Assembly: GCA_937930175.1 (NCBI GenBank)
Contig: CALGLP010000010.1
Coordinates: 49,347-113,346, forward strand
Direction: 5' to 3'
Length of the DNA: 64,000 bases
DNA from: an uncultured bacterium
GTDB taxonomy: Bacteria > Omnitrophota > Gorgyraeia > Zapsychrales > Aceulaceae
Shown here: piece after piece, positions 27,998 through 38,912 of the stretch
Layout: each line of letters begins with the position of its first letter
Position numbering within the stretch: position 1 is the first letter of the stretch
Notes under the pieces: model-generated
What the model saw: only the letters and a program-made list of their open reading frames with translations
What the model was told of the DNA's origin: nothing
Databases searched by the model: none
Made by a program: the position numbers and the translations under genes

Positions 27998-29005
27998 CTA
28001 AAGATAATGCGTACAGTTTCGGCCATCAGCCTTGGCCTGATAAAGGGCTTTGTCAGCCAGTTGAAGAAACTCTCTGGCTGTCTTAACCTCATTGGTGGGA
28101 TAAGACGTAATGCCAATGCTTAACGTATTGCGAATCGTTGTTTTCTCACTCAACTTAAAATGTTTATTGGCAATTGTTTCACGAATACGCTCGGCAACGA
28201 TCAGCGCGCCTGTTTTTTCTGTTCCCGTTAAAATAATCAAGAATTCATCCCCACCGTAGCGACCTAGAAGATCTGTAGTCCGAAGCAGTTTGCGCAAAAA
28301 AAGAGCCACCTGCTTAAGCATTTTATCCCCAATATGATGACCAAAATTATCATTAATGGGTTTAAAATAATCCAAATCAACCATGGCGCAGGCCATCGGT
28401 GTATTGTACCTCTTGGCGCGATTAAACTCTTCTTCCAAGCGTTTTGAAATAGCTCGATGATTCAACAATCCTGTCAGGCTATCTTCCTGCGCCATACGCT
28501 TTAAATGCGTTTCTCGTTTTTTCTGACTGGTGATATCCTGGAGCGTCACAATCACTTTGGCTAAACTCTCTTCAAAATCATTAGGAACAGCGACGCGCAA
28601 CCACAAATAATAACGCCGACCATCCACTCCCCTTGTCTTAAATTGTGCTTCAAAAATCTTTTCCCCTGAGGTTAAATCTACAAACTCATCAATCAAAACT
28701 TTGATATCGTCCTTGGTAAACGTGGTTGCAAATCGCTTCAAAAGCTCTGCCTGAGAACTCACCCCATAAAGATCAAGCCCTGCCTTATTGACATCGGTGA
28801 CCTTAATCTTACGAAAAGCACGCAGAGCCACCCGCATATGCTGCAAAAGATGCTTTCGCATATTCTTAACACCCTCGGCTTTAAGCTGTTGATAAAGCTC
28901 CTGGAAACACGAGAGGTCTTCTTCCCAAATCGCCACAGGTGAATTCTCGAAGATAACTCTAAATTTTTCCTGCTCGTAATGATATTGTTCTGAATCAATC
29001 ATCAT
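27998..29005 (-). CDS. PAS-GGDEF diguanylate cyclase
   Basis: RYGGDEFLII active-site motif and an N-terminal PAS-like region. Confidence 0.8.
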   Translation of the reverse strand: MMIDSEQYHYEQEKFRVIFENSPVAIWEEDLSCFQELYQQLKAEGVKNMRKHLLQHMRVALRAFRKIKVTDVNKAGLDLYGVSSQAELLKRFATTFTKDDIKVLIDEFVDLTSGEKIFEAQFKTRGVDGRRYYLWLRVAVPNDFEESLAKVIVTLQDITSQKKRETHLKRMAQEDSLTGLLNHRAISKRLEEEFNRAKRYNTPMACAMVDLDYFKPINDNFGHHIGDKMLKQVALFLRKLLRTTDLLGRYGGDEFLIILTGTEKTGALIVAERIRETIANKHFKLSEKTTIRNTLSIGITSYPTNEVKTAREFLQLADKALYQAKADGRNCTHYL

Positions 29006-29248
29006 AATAAATTCATTTCATCAAATCTTGTCAAATCGCTCTACCTTTAGTATATATTTTCCGCCTATCTCTTGAAAGAAAATAATTTTAAATCTACCAT
29101 CAAAGGTCACGGCAATCTTTTAACCGACAACCAAAATACGATCAATCATTTATCGATGAGTTAAAAAAAGCCGGGCCAAAAGAGACAAAAGATATCGCCG
29201 CAACGATAACGATAAAACCCACCAATTATAAAATCATTCCAAGAGTCA

Positions 29249-30889
29249 TTACTTTAATTTAAATGTAATCAATGATGGATCATACGACTCAGGCTTTTCA
29301 AAGCCAAGAAGATTTAAAAGCGTTGCTGCGACATTAGAAAGCCTCTGATGCTCTAGGGTGGCCAGCTGATATTCATGCTGATATCCGGAGTCCACAATAA
29401 TAAATGGCACAGGATTTAAAGTGTGCGCCGTTTTAACAACGCGTTTACCATTTTTTTCTGTAAACATTTCATCGGCATTGCCATGGTCAGAGGTGATGAC
29501 GGTGATCCCATGCAAGGCGCTCACCACGTCAACAAGCTTGCCGACACATTCATCCAAGGCTTCAACAGATATTTTAATCGCATCCACAATACCAGTGTGC
29601 CCCACCATATCGCCATTAGGGAAATTAATGCGCCCAAACTGGTACTCCCCGCTTTTAAGCAAGGCAATCGCGTGCTCGGTAATTTCATAACACTTCATTT
29701 TCGGCGCTTGGTCAAATTGAATACGATCCGAAGGAATTTCAATATATTTCTCAAGTCTTTCATCGATATAGCCGGACTTATTGCCATTCCAAAAATACGT
29801 CACGTGGCCATATTTCTGCGTTTCGGACAAGGCAAACGATTTCACCTGGGCACTGCAAAGATATTCCCCGATAGTGCGATCGATTTGTGGCGGATCAACA
29901 AGAAAGTATTTTGGGATTTTAAGGTCGCCATCATACTGCATCATACCGGCATACACGACATCAGGGATACGCTGTCGGTCAAACTCCTTAAACTCTTTTT
30001 CCTCAAAGGCGCGCGAGATTTCAATAGCACGGTCTCCGCGAAAATTAAAGCACACAACCGAATCGCCATCGTCAATGGTACCAACGGGTTTTCCGTTCTC
30101 AATAATAACAAAGGAATCAAGGTATTGATCCGTCATCTTCGGGTCTTCGCTATAATATGTTGAAACGGCTTCCTTAGCACACGAAAACCCTCTCGCCTTT
30201 CCAAGCACATGCGCCTCCCAGCCCCGTTTCACAACGCTCCAATCGGCGTTATAGCGATCCATGGTCGTGATCATGCGGCCTCCGCCAGAGGCAACGCGAA
30301 AATCACAAGCGTATTGCTCATGCAGCTCACGCAATAAATCTTCAACTTGCTCAAGATAACCTAAAGCAGTTTTCTCTCCGACATCACGGCCATCCAGCAA
30401 CGCATGAAGACGCAGTTTTTGAACGCCATCTTTAGCACACTGACGAATCAGCGCAAACAGCTGGTTAATATGCGAGTGCACATTGCCGTCGGAAAGAAGG
30501 CCAATCAAATGAAAACTGTTTTTTCCGTTTCTTGGACGGTCAATAAGCTTTTGCCATAACGGAGTCTTGAAGATTTGACCTCTGGCAATGGAATCATCGA
30601 CCAATTTCGCGCCTTGCGCAAAAACACGTCCGGCTCCCAAGGCATTATGCCCCACTTCGCTGTTACCCATGTCCTCATCGCTAGGAAGGCCCACAGCCTT
30701 CCCATGGGCCTGCAAAGAAGTAAAGAGTTCACTTGCAAAAAGTTTATCAAGAACAGGAGTTTTCGACGAGAAAACACCGTTAGAGGCATCCTTTTTCCCT
30801 AAGCCAATCCCATCCATAATAATGAGCAAGAGTGGCCCAGGTCGCGGAGAAAATTCTTTAAGTCGCTTAAGCGTTAAAGGTGTATCCAT
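29249..30889 (-). CDS. gpmI: 2,3-bisphosphoglycerate-independent phosphoglycerate mutase
   Basis: 546 aa, iPGM metal-binding motifs (DGIG, SDHGN). Confidence 0.9.
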   Translation of the reverse strand: MDTPLTLKRLKEFSPRPGPLLLIIMDGIGLGKKDASNGVFSSKTPVLDKLFASELFTSLQAHGKAVGLPSDEDMGNSEVGHNALGAGRVFAQGAKLVDDSIARGQIFKTPLWQKLIDRPRNGKNSFHLIGLLSDGNVHSHINQLFALIRQCAKDGVQKLRLHALLDGRDVGEKTALGYLEQVEDLLRELHEQYACDFRVASGGGRMITTMDRYNADWSVVKRGWEAHVLGKARGFSCAKEAVSTYYSEDPKMTDQYLDSFVIIENGKPVGTIDDGDSVVCFNFRGDRAIEISRAFEEKEFKEFDRQRIPDVVYAGMMQYDGDLKIPKYFLVDPPQIDRTIGEYLCSAQVKSFALSETQKYGHVTYFWNGNKSGYIDERLEKYIEIPSDRIQFDQAPKMKCYEITEHAIALLKSGEYQFGRINFPNGDMVGHTGIVDAIKISVEALDECVGKLVDVVSALHGITVITSDHGNADEMFTEKNGKRVVKTAHTLNPVPFIIVDSGYQHEYQLATLEHQRLSNVAATLLNLLGFEKPESYDPSLITFKLK

Positions 30890-30988
30890 ATTTTTATTCT
30901 CGTAAGTGAAACCATTCTACACAAAAAAATGAAAAGATTAAACTTTTTTCATGAAATCTTAAAGCGAGATACCGAGTCGGGGTTTTGA

Positions 30989-31174
30989 TTAGGCTGGAAA
31001 TTCAGGATGATGGTATTTCAACCATTCATTGGCGTAACGATTGTACCAATCATCCGCAGCAACTTTAAATCCAATATCCTTGCCCTTCTTCTCACCCTCA
31101 AACCAGCGATGGCGTTCGATTTCTTCAACGATGCGTTTATCTTTTAGAAGTTGTTCAAGGGGATATTTGCACAT
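30989..31174 (-). CDS. small conserved hypothetical protein
   Basis: A roughly 61-aa product from MCKYPLEQLLKDKRIVEEIERHRWFEGEKKGKDIG...; the start was trimmed to avoid overlap with the upstream gene. Confidence 0.35.
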   Translation of the reverse strand: MCKYPLEQLLKDKRIVEEIERHRWFEGEKKGKDIGFKVAADDWYNRYANEWLKYHHPEFPA

Positions 31175-31220
31175 AACGTTTCCTTTGCTAAACCATTTTA
31201 TCGCAACAAGATGAAAATTG

Positions 31221-31997
31221 TCAAGCAATTTCAACGCAAGCTGCGAGGTCAAAAGGATTGGTACGTAACGCTAATGAATAAAGATAAGGATAGTTTTCTT
31301 TGAGATGCCAAAGATAATGAACCCACTCTGCCAATAAATGTTGATACGCGCGGCGCATATCCACGGCCAGATGCTGCTGATCCGCGAGCGGCAAACCATC
31401 AAGATGGTCGCGATAGGAAAGCTCCTCAGCCAAATGAAATGTGGCCCAAAGAAGATTGGCAAAGCGCTGATGTTCGAGCAAATTGGGATTGGCAAGAAGG
31501 CTTACCAGAAAATCACGCTTGGATGAAAGTAGCGCTTTGAGCTCTCGCAAGTGACCCTCCTGAATATTCATCTGATGCTGATGCTTCTTGAGCCAAAGGA
31601 TCGCACGTGCGAAATCGTGCCGCGTTGATTGGTTGGTAAAAACAAGTATCTCAGACAAGCTTTGTCTGTCCGCGTCAGCATCACGTAAGCAGAATAAAAG
31701 CTTATTGCCAATCTCGATAAAGAACACCCCAATAAGCATATTCATCTTGCCAAGCATAATGCTTTTCTCTCGATGAGAAAAAATCCGCTCAAGAACCAAG
31801 GCGACAATGAGGACATCAAGAAACAAAAATGCTATATCTCCGATCAAATAAAGGAAAATATGATGAAGGTCGCGAAAGATAGAATAATGGAGAGCATAAA
31901 ACAAGAATGATAAGCTCGTGAGAACAAGCCCAAAGACAATACGCCAGGTAAAGAATTTCTTTATGTTCATAAATTGAAACGATTGATCAGCGCTCAA
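31221..31997 (-). CDS. hypothetical membrane protein (N-terminal TM helices + cytoplasmic helical domain)
   Basis: 258-aa ORF with a hydrophobic N-terminal third; no recognisable catalytic motif. Confidence 0.5.
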   Translation of the reverse strand: MSADQSFQFMNIKKFFTWRIVFGLVLTSLSFLFYALHYSIFRDLHHIFLYLIGDIAFLFLDVLIVALVLERIFSHREKSIMLGKMNMLIGVFFIEIGNKLLFCLRDADADRQSLSEILVFTNQSTRHDFARAILWLKKHQHQMNIQEGHLRELKALLSSKRDFLVSLLANPNLLEHQRFANLLWATFHLAEELSYRDHLDGLPLADQQHLAVDMRRAYQHLLAEWVHYLWHLKENYPYLYSLALRTNPFDLAACVEIA

Positions 31998-32011
31998 ACA
32001 TCCATGCTGCC

Positions 32012-33439
32012 TTAGATTCCCGTCCGGACCCGATAAGTAACAATAGCTTCCCCATCTTTGGGAACGCTGACATTAAACCTAACGGTAAACGCATCCATTT
32101 TTTCATACGCCTGGTTATTCGAAACTATGGTCCAATTTCCAGGCACAGGTTCAATCAAGCTAACGGTCACATTTTCTTTTTTATGATTACGGATCTTAAT
32201 TTCCCATTGAGATTCATACATGCGTGTTGAAACCTGCTTAAAATCAGTTTGCTTGCGCTCCACCACAACATCAAAGGCCTCACCAACCTTTAATTTCACT
32301 TCTTCATCCTTGGGGGTATGGCTGATACGATCCTCACCAATAAACTGTAATGCGCCCTTATCATCTTGTTTGTAGAGCCGCATGATCCCCGCCGGTAGCG
32401 GCATGCCAAGCTTGTTTTCCTTGGCATTCTTAAACTTGACATACACGTAAACTTTCTGCTTTGGGCTCTGTTCCCGGTATTGCATGGTAAAATAACCCTG
32501 CTCCCCATAGACAAGAAATTCTTTTGTCACATCAAAGCCATTGGCCTCGAGCAAGCTAATCTGCTTGGTTTGATTGTCCTTGATCGTTGTAGGCCTCTGC
32601 AGATCATAAATATGGTACTCAAAAAAAGCCTGTTCTTGAAATTGTGGCGCTTCCGCAAGCATCATTTCCATTTTGGCCACCTGATTTCTCCCTGTTGCCT
32701 TGAACGCCTCCTGGACGCGATTAACATCTCCGGCTACAAGCTTTAACTTAGCGTCTTTATAAATAGCCCCGCTTTTATTATCAATCGTAACCCATCCGAA
32801 AAGATCGGCCTTGGCATCAGTCTTATCCAAAACCAAAACATAATCAGCCTTCCAACCGATGTTATTTGTTAAATAAGAAACCTGCAGCTCCTGCGCGCCG
32901 GCCGTATTGTTTCCGTAAAGCCACGTCAGCGTTGGCTTGGCAATTAAGTTCTCAGGGATTTTTGGTAAAACCTGATATCCCGGATAGCCCAAATAAATCT
33001 CGTCCCCGATCTGATAAATCTGCCCATTATTATTACTCAAAAGAGTTGCGTCCACAATTATCTTGCGATCCTGATACTGATTATTTTCCATGAGCTTGAT
33101 CTTCTTGCCAACATACTTATCCAAAAGCTTTTCTTGATTCATCAAATCATATTCATAATTTTGTTCAAGAACCTTAAACTGGTCTGGCGCAGTCAACGAT
33201 TTGGCATGCACAGTGACGGGCATAATAAAAGAAGCTACATCCATAAACTGAAGTTCGTTTTCTTTGCCCTTAGGGAGCTTAATCTTGCGGGTATCTTTGA
33301 CCAGCCCAAGATTCGCATTGTAGACCGTCACTTCAACGGCGACTTGATCATCGAGGGTTGACTTGGTCACAGTTTGGGCCTGAACAAGGCTCACGGTAGC
33401 AAAAAGCATACTGCCGATGAACAAAAGAATTCTTCTCAT
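32012..33439 (-). CDS. secreted DUF4139/DUF4140-type (mucoidy-inhibitor-like) protein
   Basis: 475 aa with a signal peptide (MRRILLFIGSMLFATVSLVQAQ) and a beta-rich body. Confidence 0.55.
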   Translation of the reverse strand: MRRILLFIGSMLFATVSLVQAQTVTKSTLDDQVAVEVTVYNANLGLVKDTRKIKLPKGKENELQFMDVASFIMPVTVHAKSLTAPDQFKVLEQNYEYDLMNQEKLLDKYVGKKIKLMENNQYQDRKIIVDATLLSNNNGQIYQIGDEIYLGYPGYQVLPKIPENLIAKPTLTWLYGNNTAGAQELQVSYLTNNIGWKADYVLVLDKTDAKADLFGWVTIDNKSGAIYKDAKLKLVAGDVNRVQEAFKATGRNQVAKMEMMLAEAPQFQEQAFFEYHIYDLQRPTTIKDNQTKQISLLEANGFDVTKEFLVYGEQGYFTMQYREQSPKQKVYVYVKFKNAKENKLGMPLPAGIMRLYKQDDKGALQFIGEDRISHTPKDEEVKLKVGEAFDVVVERKQTDFKQVSTRMYESQWEIKIRNHKKENVTVSLIEPVPGNWTIVSNNQAYEKMDAFTVRFNVSVPKDGEAIVTYRVRTGI

Positions 33440-33464
33440 GACTCCTCCGCTTTAAAAAATTTCT

Positions 33465-34538
33465 CTAAACACTAAACCGAAAATACACCACATCGCCATC
33501 TTGGATCTCGTAGTCCTTACCTTCGAGCGCAACAAGATTCTTTTCTTTAAGCGCCTGATAGCTTCCGTGCTTTTCAAGATCCGCATATTTATAAATTTCC
33601 GCACGGATAAAACCCCGCTCAATATCCGTATGAATCTTTCCTGCAGCCTTGGCGGCCTTAGTCCCCTGGGGAATCAGCCATGCCCGTGTTTCCGTCGGTC
33701 CTGCAGTAAAAAAACAAACAAGATTCAAAAGCTCCTGCCCTGCCTTGGCAAGGGCGGCAAGCCCTGGCGTTGTAATGCCCGCGGACTCATAATACGTAGC
33801 CCGCTCTTCTTGAGAAAGCTCTAAAATTTCAGACTCAAGTTTAGCACAAAGCACAACTACCTTAGCGTTTTCTTTTTGGGCCAAGGCTTTCAGGGGAATA
33901 AGAAAATCATCGCAAATCTCGCTCTCGCCAGTATTGGCAACATAAAGAATGGGCTTGGCGGTTAAGAATTCAAACTCACGAACAAGATTAATATCCAATC
34001 CTTGACTACGAATAGATTTTCCCTGATTAAATCCTTTGATAATAACATCTAAAAGCTCCACCTTTTCCTTGGCCTCTTTTTCACCTGACTTGGCAACTTT
34101 AAAAAAACGATCATACGCTTTCTGGGCCTGCTGCAAGTCGGCCAAGATCAACTCTGTTTCAATAATCTCCGCCGCGTACACAGGGTTCAACCCTCCAGCG
34201 ACATTAACAATATTTTCATCATGAAAACAACGCACCACGTGACAGATCGCATCGACCGAGCGAATATTAGCCAAGAATTTATTCCCCAAACCCTCCCCTT
34301 GGCTTGCGCCTTGAACCAAGCCCGCGATATCCACAAAACGAATGCCCGAAGGCGTCATTTTAGCGCTATTCCACTCTTTGGATAAACGAAGAAGTCGATC
34401 GTCGGTAAATGGAACAATTCCCACGTTAGGTTCAATGGTCGTAAAAGGGAAATTCTCAACAGCCGCACCCGCGCCTGTTAAAGCATTAAAAAGGGTTGAT
34501 TTTCCGACATTCGGAAGCCCTACAATTCCAATCTCCAT
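33465..34538 (-). CDS. ychF: ribosome-binding ATPase YchF
   Basis: MEIGIVGLPNVGKSTLFNALT G1 motif, a TGS-like C-terminus, 357 aa. Confidence 0.9.
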   Translation of the reverse strand: MEIGIVGLPNVGKSTLFNALTGAGAAVENFPFTTIEPNVGIVPFTDDRLLRLSKEWNSAKMTPSGIRFVDIAGLVQGASQGEGLGNKFLANIRSVDAICHVVRCFHDENIVNVAGGLNPVYAAEIIETELILADLQQAQKAYDRFFKVAKSGEKEAKEKVELLDVIIKGFNQGKSIRSQGLDINLVREFEFLTAKPILYVANTGESEICDDFLIPLKALAQKENAKVVVLCAKLESEILELSQEERATYYESAGITTPGLAALAKAGQELLNLVCFFTAGPTETRAWLIPQGTKAAKAAGKIHTDIERGFIRAEIYKYADLEKHGSYQALKEKNLVALEGKDYEIQDGDVVYFRFSV

Positions 34539-34561
34539 GTAAGTTCTCTTTTCCTTGAATA

Positions 34562-36052
34562 TTAAACAGCGGTAATGAGGGCCTCGACAACGCTCTGATC
34601 AATTTTACTTTCCATTGATCGCAACAAAAGCGCGGCCTCCTCCTTGGTTAAGCCTTTACGATAAGGACGTGTCGTTCGAATGGCATCATAAATATCGGCA
34701 ACCCCTAAAATACGAGCTAAAATATTGATCTGATCTCCCTTTAAGCCATCCGGATAGCCGCTACCATCAAGCTTCTCATGATGGTGACGGACAAGATCGC
34801 GTAAATGCGTCAGGGATCGGATCGGCTTAAGGATCTCTTCACCGACAGCCGGATGCGTGCGCATAATCGCCCAATCCTCTGAAGTCAAAGGGCCATTTTT
34901 CAGCAAAACTTCATCACTCACGCCGATCTTTCCTAAGTCATGAAGTCTCGCTGCATCCCGCAAAGTATTTTTATCTTCTTCACTTAATCCCAGCTTTTCA
35001 GCGATCTTAACAGAATACTCAGAAACACGATCCAAGTGGCCACGCGAATAAGGGTCCTTGGCTTCCACAGCAAGAGCCAAGGCCGAAATAATATCAAAAT
35101 AACTTTTCTCCGCGTCAATATTAAGCCGGTCATTTTCAATCGCGACAGCCGTCTGCAAAGCAATATTATGCAAAAGAGAAGTCTCTTCGTCGCTAAAGTC
35201 AACATCGATCTTGCGCCCACAAATCACCAAAAGGCCCAGAACATTTTTATGAACAAGAAGAGGCGCGGCCACCAAAGGAAAATCAAAAAGATCACCGCGT
35301 ACAATCGCCTTGCGCGCCGACTCATTCATTTTAGGAATAATGAGATTTTCTTTAGACTGAATCATCTGGGCAAAAATACTTTCACATAGGATAAGCTTCG
35401 TCTCTGTCGTAAGCCCCTTAACCTCGCCATAAAACGTCTTGGCCTGCAATACAGTTTTGTCCTCATTTAAAAGAAATAAAATACCCGTCCTTCCTCCAAC
35501 AGCCTCGGTGATCGTCTCGATGATGAGATTTAAAAAATTATCAATATTCTGAACAGAAGAAATTCCCTGACCAACTTTCGCCAAGACGTTTTGCAATGTT
35601 CCCTTGGTCAACTCAAGCCGCTTAATATTATCTTCAAGCTTTGTAATAATCTCCTGGAATGTCCGCGTAAGAATCGTGACTTCATTAGAATCCGATTTAA
35701 GGTCAGCAACTTTCTCAACGCCAAGAATGCCTTGCAGAACCTCCTGGTTTGCCTTCGCCAGATTAAGAACTCTCGTTACAGCCAAACGCATTAAGAAATA
35801 ACCAACCCCAATGCCAAACACAAGATAAATCAATGTAAACGATAAGTTTTCTGTTGTTATTTGCAACCCTTCATTATTCTGTAGCTGAAAATATAAGTAG
35901 TACAGGATGGATAATGGAACAATCGAAATCAGAATAAACAAGATATTGAATTGAACAAAAAGGGATGATTTTTCAAATGATACCATTTTTGGCTTAGGAG
36001 TCATCGAGTTATTCACCTTCCGTTTCTTTAAAATCATTGCGCCACAGCGCAA
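34562..36052 (-). CDS. membrane-anchored GAF / HD-GYP c-di-GMP phosphodiesterase
   Basis: An N-terminal TM region, then HD...HHHEKLDGSGYP (HD-GYP). Confidence 0.8.
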   Translation of the reverse strand: MRCGAMILKKRKVNNSMTPKPKMVSFEKSSLFVQFNILFILISIVPLSILYYLYFQLQNNEGLQITTENLSFTLIYLVFGIGVGYFLMRLAVTRVLNLAKANQEVLQGILGVEKVADLKSDSNEVTILTRTFQEIITKLEDNIKRLELTKGTLQNVLAKVGQGISSVQNIDNFLNLIIETITEAVGGRTGILFLLNEDKTVLQAKTFYGEVKGLTTETKLILCESIFAQMIQSKENLIIPKMNESARKAIVRGDLFDFPLVAAPLLVHKNVLGLLVICGRKIDVDFSDEETSLLHNIALQTAVAIENDRLNIDAEKSYFDIISALALAVEAKDPYSRGHLDRVSEYSVKIAEKLGLSEEDKNTLRDAARLHDLGKIGVSDEVLLKNGPLTSEDWAIMRTHPAVGEEILKPIRSLTHLRDLVRHHHEKLDGSGYPDGLKGDQINILARILGVADIYDAIRTTRPYRKGLTKEEAALLLRSMESKIDQSVVEALITAV

Positions 36053-36064
36053 TTAATGGTCGTC

Positions 36065-36670
36065 TTATTCAAAATATTTCTTGAGATATTCTGCCAAAAG
36101 TTTTTCCGCTTCCCCGCGGCATTGGCCACAAACCGTCCCAAGTTTTGTGCGCTCCTGAAGCTCATAATAACTGCGCGCACCTTCCAAAACCGCATGCGCA
36201 ATTTCTTCGTCCGTAATATTCATACACTGACAAATGATCTTGGCTTCTTCTTTTTTAATTTTATCCACCATGCCATTACGTTCATAATAATCATTGACTG
36301 CGGCGCGAAGCGCTTTATCTCCCAAAACCGAACAGTGAATCTTGTGTTCGGGGAGGCTCCCTAGCTTTTTCATAATATCTTGAGGTGAAAGAACAAGCGC
36401 CTGACGAAGGCTCATTCCTTTAATCATTTCAGACAAAACTGAGGTGCTCGCGATGGCTGAAGCGCACCCATATGTACGCCAACGACAATCCGTAATGACC
36501 TGCTTCTTGGAGTCCACCTTGATATACATATTCATCTGGTCACCGCATTTGACATTGCCAACCGATCCTTCACCATCTGCCTGAAAATCTTCCCCCTCTT
36601 TCAAAACATTCTTGGGGTGCATAAAATGTTCTTTGACTTTTTCTGTGTAGACCCAGTTTTGTTCCATCAT
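36065..36670 (-). CDS. nifU: NifU-like Fe-S cluster scaffold protein
   Basis: An IscU/NifU N-domain with conserved Cys (KCGDQMNMYIKV), plus a C-terminal CxxC region. Confidence 0.8.
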   Translation of the reverse strand: MMEQNWVYTEKVKEHFMHPKNVLKEGEDFQADGEGSVGNVKCGDQMNMYIKVDSKKQVITDCRWRTYGCASAIASTSVLSEMIKGMSLRQALVLSPQDIMKKLGSLPEHKIHCSVLGDKALRAAVNDYYERNGMVDKIKKEEAKIICQCMNITDEEIAHAVLEGARSYYELQERTKLGTVCGQCRGEAEKLLAEYLKKYFE

Positions 36671-36682
36671 ACTCCTTAAAAA

Positions 36683-37861
36683 TTAATACGCCGTTGACAT
36701 TTTTCTTACCTTATCAATAACCCTTGGCAAGACATCTAAAACATAGGTGATCTCAACCAAAGTCGTTGAGCGGCCTAAACTCATGCGAATCGACCCATGC
36801 GCTAGCTCCGCAGAAATCCCTGTCGATAAAAGCACATGGGAAGGATCAAGGGAGCCTGACGCACAAGCTGATCCCGTTGACACCGCAAGGCCTTCCATAT
36901 CAAGATACAACAAGATCGCCTCACCTTCAGCGCCTTTAAAAGAAACATTAAGTGTCCCAGCCAAGCAATCCTCCGGATGGCCATTGAAACGAATATCGGG
37001 AATCTTTTGTGCAATGCCCTCTTGAAGAATTTTTTTCAATTGCTTTAAACGCTTGGCTTCCGACACCATTTCTTTTTTACGCATTTCAATGGCCTTACCT
37101 AAGCCAATAATCCCTAACGTATTCTCCGTACCAGCACGTCGTCCAAGCTCCTGATGACCACCACGAATAAAAGGACAAAACGGAATTCCTTTCCTCGAAT
37201 ACAACGCCGCGATCCCCTTAGGACCGTAAATTTTATGACCCGAAAGAGTAAGGAAATCAACATCGAGCTCTTTAACATCAACGGGGATCTTGCCAACAGC
37301 CTGCACAGCATCAGTATGGAAAAAGGCTCCTGCCTTATGGGCAAGCTGACTCATCATCTTAATATCTTGGATTGTGCCGATTTCATTATTGGCCATCATC
37401 ACCGAAACAATGGAAACCCCAGGGACAACAACCTTTTCAAATTGAACCATGTCGACCTTGCCATAGCCATCCACATCAAGAAAGATCACTTCAACACCTC
37501 GATCACGAAGACAGCGTGCAGATTCAAGAACACAAGGATGCTCAATTTTAGTTGTAACGATCTTTGTTTGTCCATCTTTTTTAAATGAACAGCAATGCTG
37601 AGAAGAACATGCGACCATATTGAGGACCGTATTATTAGCCTCGGATCCACTACCAGCAAAAATGATCTCATCGGCCTTGGCTCCGAGGAGCGATGCAACT
37701 TCTTGACGCGCCTGCAAGACAAGCTGCGCCACCTCCCGGCCAAAACCATGCAAGCTCGAAGGATTGCCAAACGCATCCATGGCCTGATGCATCGCTTTCT
37801 TAACTTCTGGATGCAAAGGCGTTGTTGCGTTATGATCAAGATAAATTTTTTGTTTCTTCAT
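36683..37861 (-). CDS. nifS: cysteine desulfurase NifS/IscS
   Basis: PLP-fold class V aminotransferase (SGHKIYGPKG) with an active-site SxxCxSG region. I placed the start at MKKQKIYLDHNATT. Confidence 0.85.
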   Translation of the reverse strand: MKKQKIYLDHNATTPLHPEVKKAMHQAMDAFGNPSSLHGFGREVAQLVLQARQEVASLLGAKADEIIFAGSGSEANNTVLNMVACSSQHCCSFKKDGQTKIVTTKIEHPCVLESARCLRDRGVEVIFLDVDGYGKVDMVQFEKVVVPGVSIVSVMMANNEIGTIQDIKMMSQLAHKAGAFFHTDAVQAVGKIPVDVKELDVDFLTLSGHKIYGPKGIAALYSRKGIPFCPFIRGGHQELGRRAGTENTLGIIGLGKAIEMRKKEMVSEAKRLKQLKKILQEGIAQKIPDIRFNGHPEDCLAGTLNVSFKGAEGEAILLYLDMEGLAVSTGSACASGSLDPSHVLLSTGISAELAHGSIRMSLGRSTTLVEITYVLDVLPRVIDKVRKMSTAY

Positions 37862-37862
37862 A

Positions 37863-38795
37863 TTATTTCTTTGTGAGCTGTGCATCGCGTCGAAAATGGA
37901 TCATCTTGTCGATAGGCTTCTTCGCACGGGCAATAAGATCATCCGATAATTTAACTTCATGCACCATTGCTTCAAGGGAATGCAAAACCTTGTCCAGAGT
38001 TATCTTTTTCATGTTAGGACATAAGGCCATGGCTGTCGCGGGAAAAAAAAGCTTGCCCGGATTTTCGATTTTTAAAGGATATTCCATACCCACTTCTGTT
38101 GCGACAATAAATTCTTGCATGCTTGATTCTTTGGCATAACGCAACATTCCCGAGGTTGATAACACGGCATCCGCGATTTTTAGAACCGCAGCGCTGCACT
38201 CCGGATGTGCCATCACCAAGGCCCGCGGATGTTCTTTCTTAAGACTTAAAATATGTTCTGGCAAGATCCGCGCATGCGATGGACAATACCCTTCCCAGAT
38301 GATCACATGACGATGAGCTTTAAATGCCGCGTACGAACCCAAATGCTTATCCGGAACAAAAATAATTTCATCGTGCTCATCAAAAGCATTTTGAAGCATC
38401 TCAACAGCATTAGCCGATGTGCAACAATAATCACTCTCGGCCTTAACCTCGGCTGAAGTATTAACATAACAAACAACTTTAGCGCGGGGATGCTTAGTCT
38501 TCAGGTCACGCAACTGCGCGGCTGTGATCATATCCGCCATGGGACACCCAGCGCTCGGATCAGGAATCAAAACCGTCTTCTGCGGAGAAAGGATTTTTGC
38601 GGTTTCAGCCATGAAAAAGACTCCACAGAAGACAACGACATCCGCTGTGGTCTTCGCTGCTTCAATGCTTAAGCCTAAGGAATCGCCTGTAAAATCTGCA
38701 ATATCTTGAACTTCAGGAAGCTGATAATTATGTACAAGAATAACGGCATTTCTCTGCGCCTTGAGGGCTTTAATCTTTGCAATAATCTCATTCAT
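37863..38795 (-). CDS. nadA: quinolinate synthase A
   Basis: 310 aa with the NadA fold and three conserved Cys. Confidence 0.85.
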   Translation of the reverse strand: MNEIIAKIKALKAQRNAVILVHNYQLPEVQDIADFTGDSLGLSIEAAKTTADVVVFCGVFFMAETAKILSPQKTVLIPDPSAGCPMADMITAAQLRDLKTKHPRAKVVCYVNTSAEVKAESDYCCTSANAVEMLQNAFDEHDEIIFVPDKHLGSYAAFKAHRHVIIWEGYCPSHARILPEHILSLKKEHPRALVMAHPECSAAVLKIADAVLSTSGMLRYAKESSMQEFIVATEVGMEYPLKIENPGKLFFPATAMALCPNMKKITLDKVLHSLEAMVHEVKLSDDLIARAKKPIDKMIHFRRDAQLTKK

Positions 38796-38912
38796 GCCTG
38801 CACCTTAATCTTATCTAGTCAATAAAAAGCTCAACACTTAGCTTATCCAGAAATCCTTAACATATTCCAAAATACATTTTAAAGAGATCAAAACAGAAAA
38901 AAATCCTATGCC

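Noticed and set aside
29423-30163. Long antisense ORFs in the track (for example 246 aa antisense to gpmI, 147 aa at 7097..7540, 152 aa at 21575..22033)
   Set aside because: They lie entirely within well-supported conserved genes on the opposite strand, and their products have no motifs. They are typical spurious ORFs.
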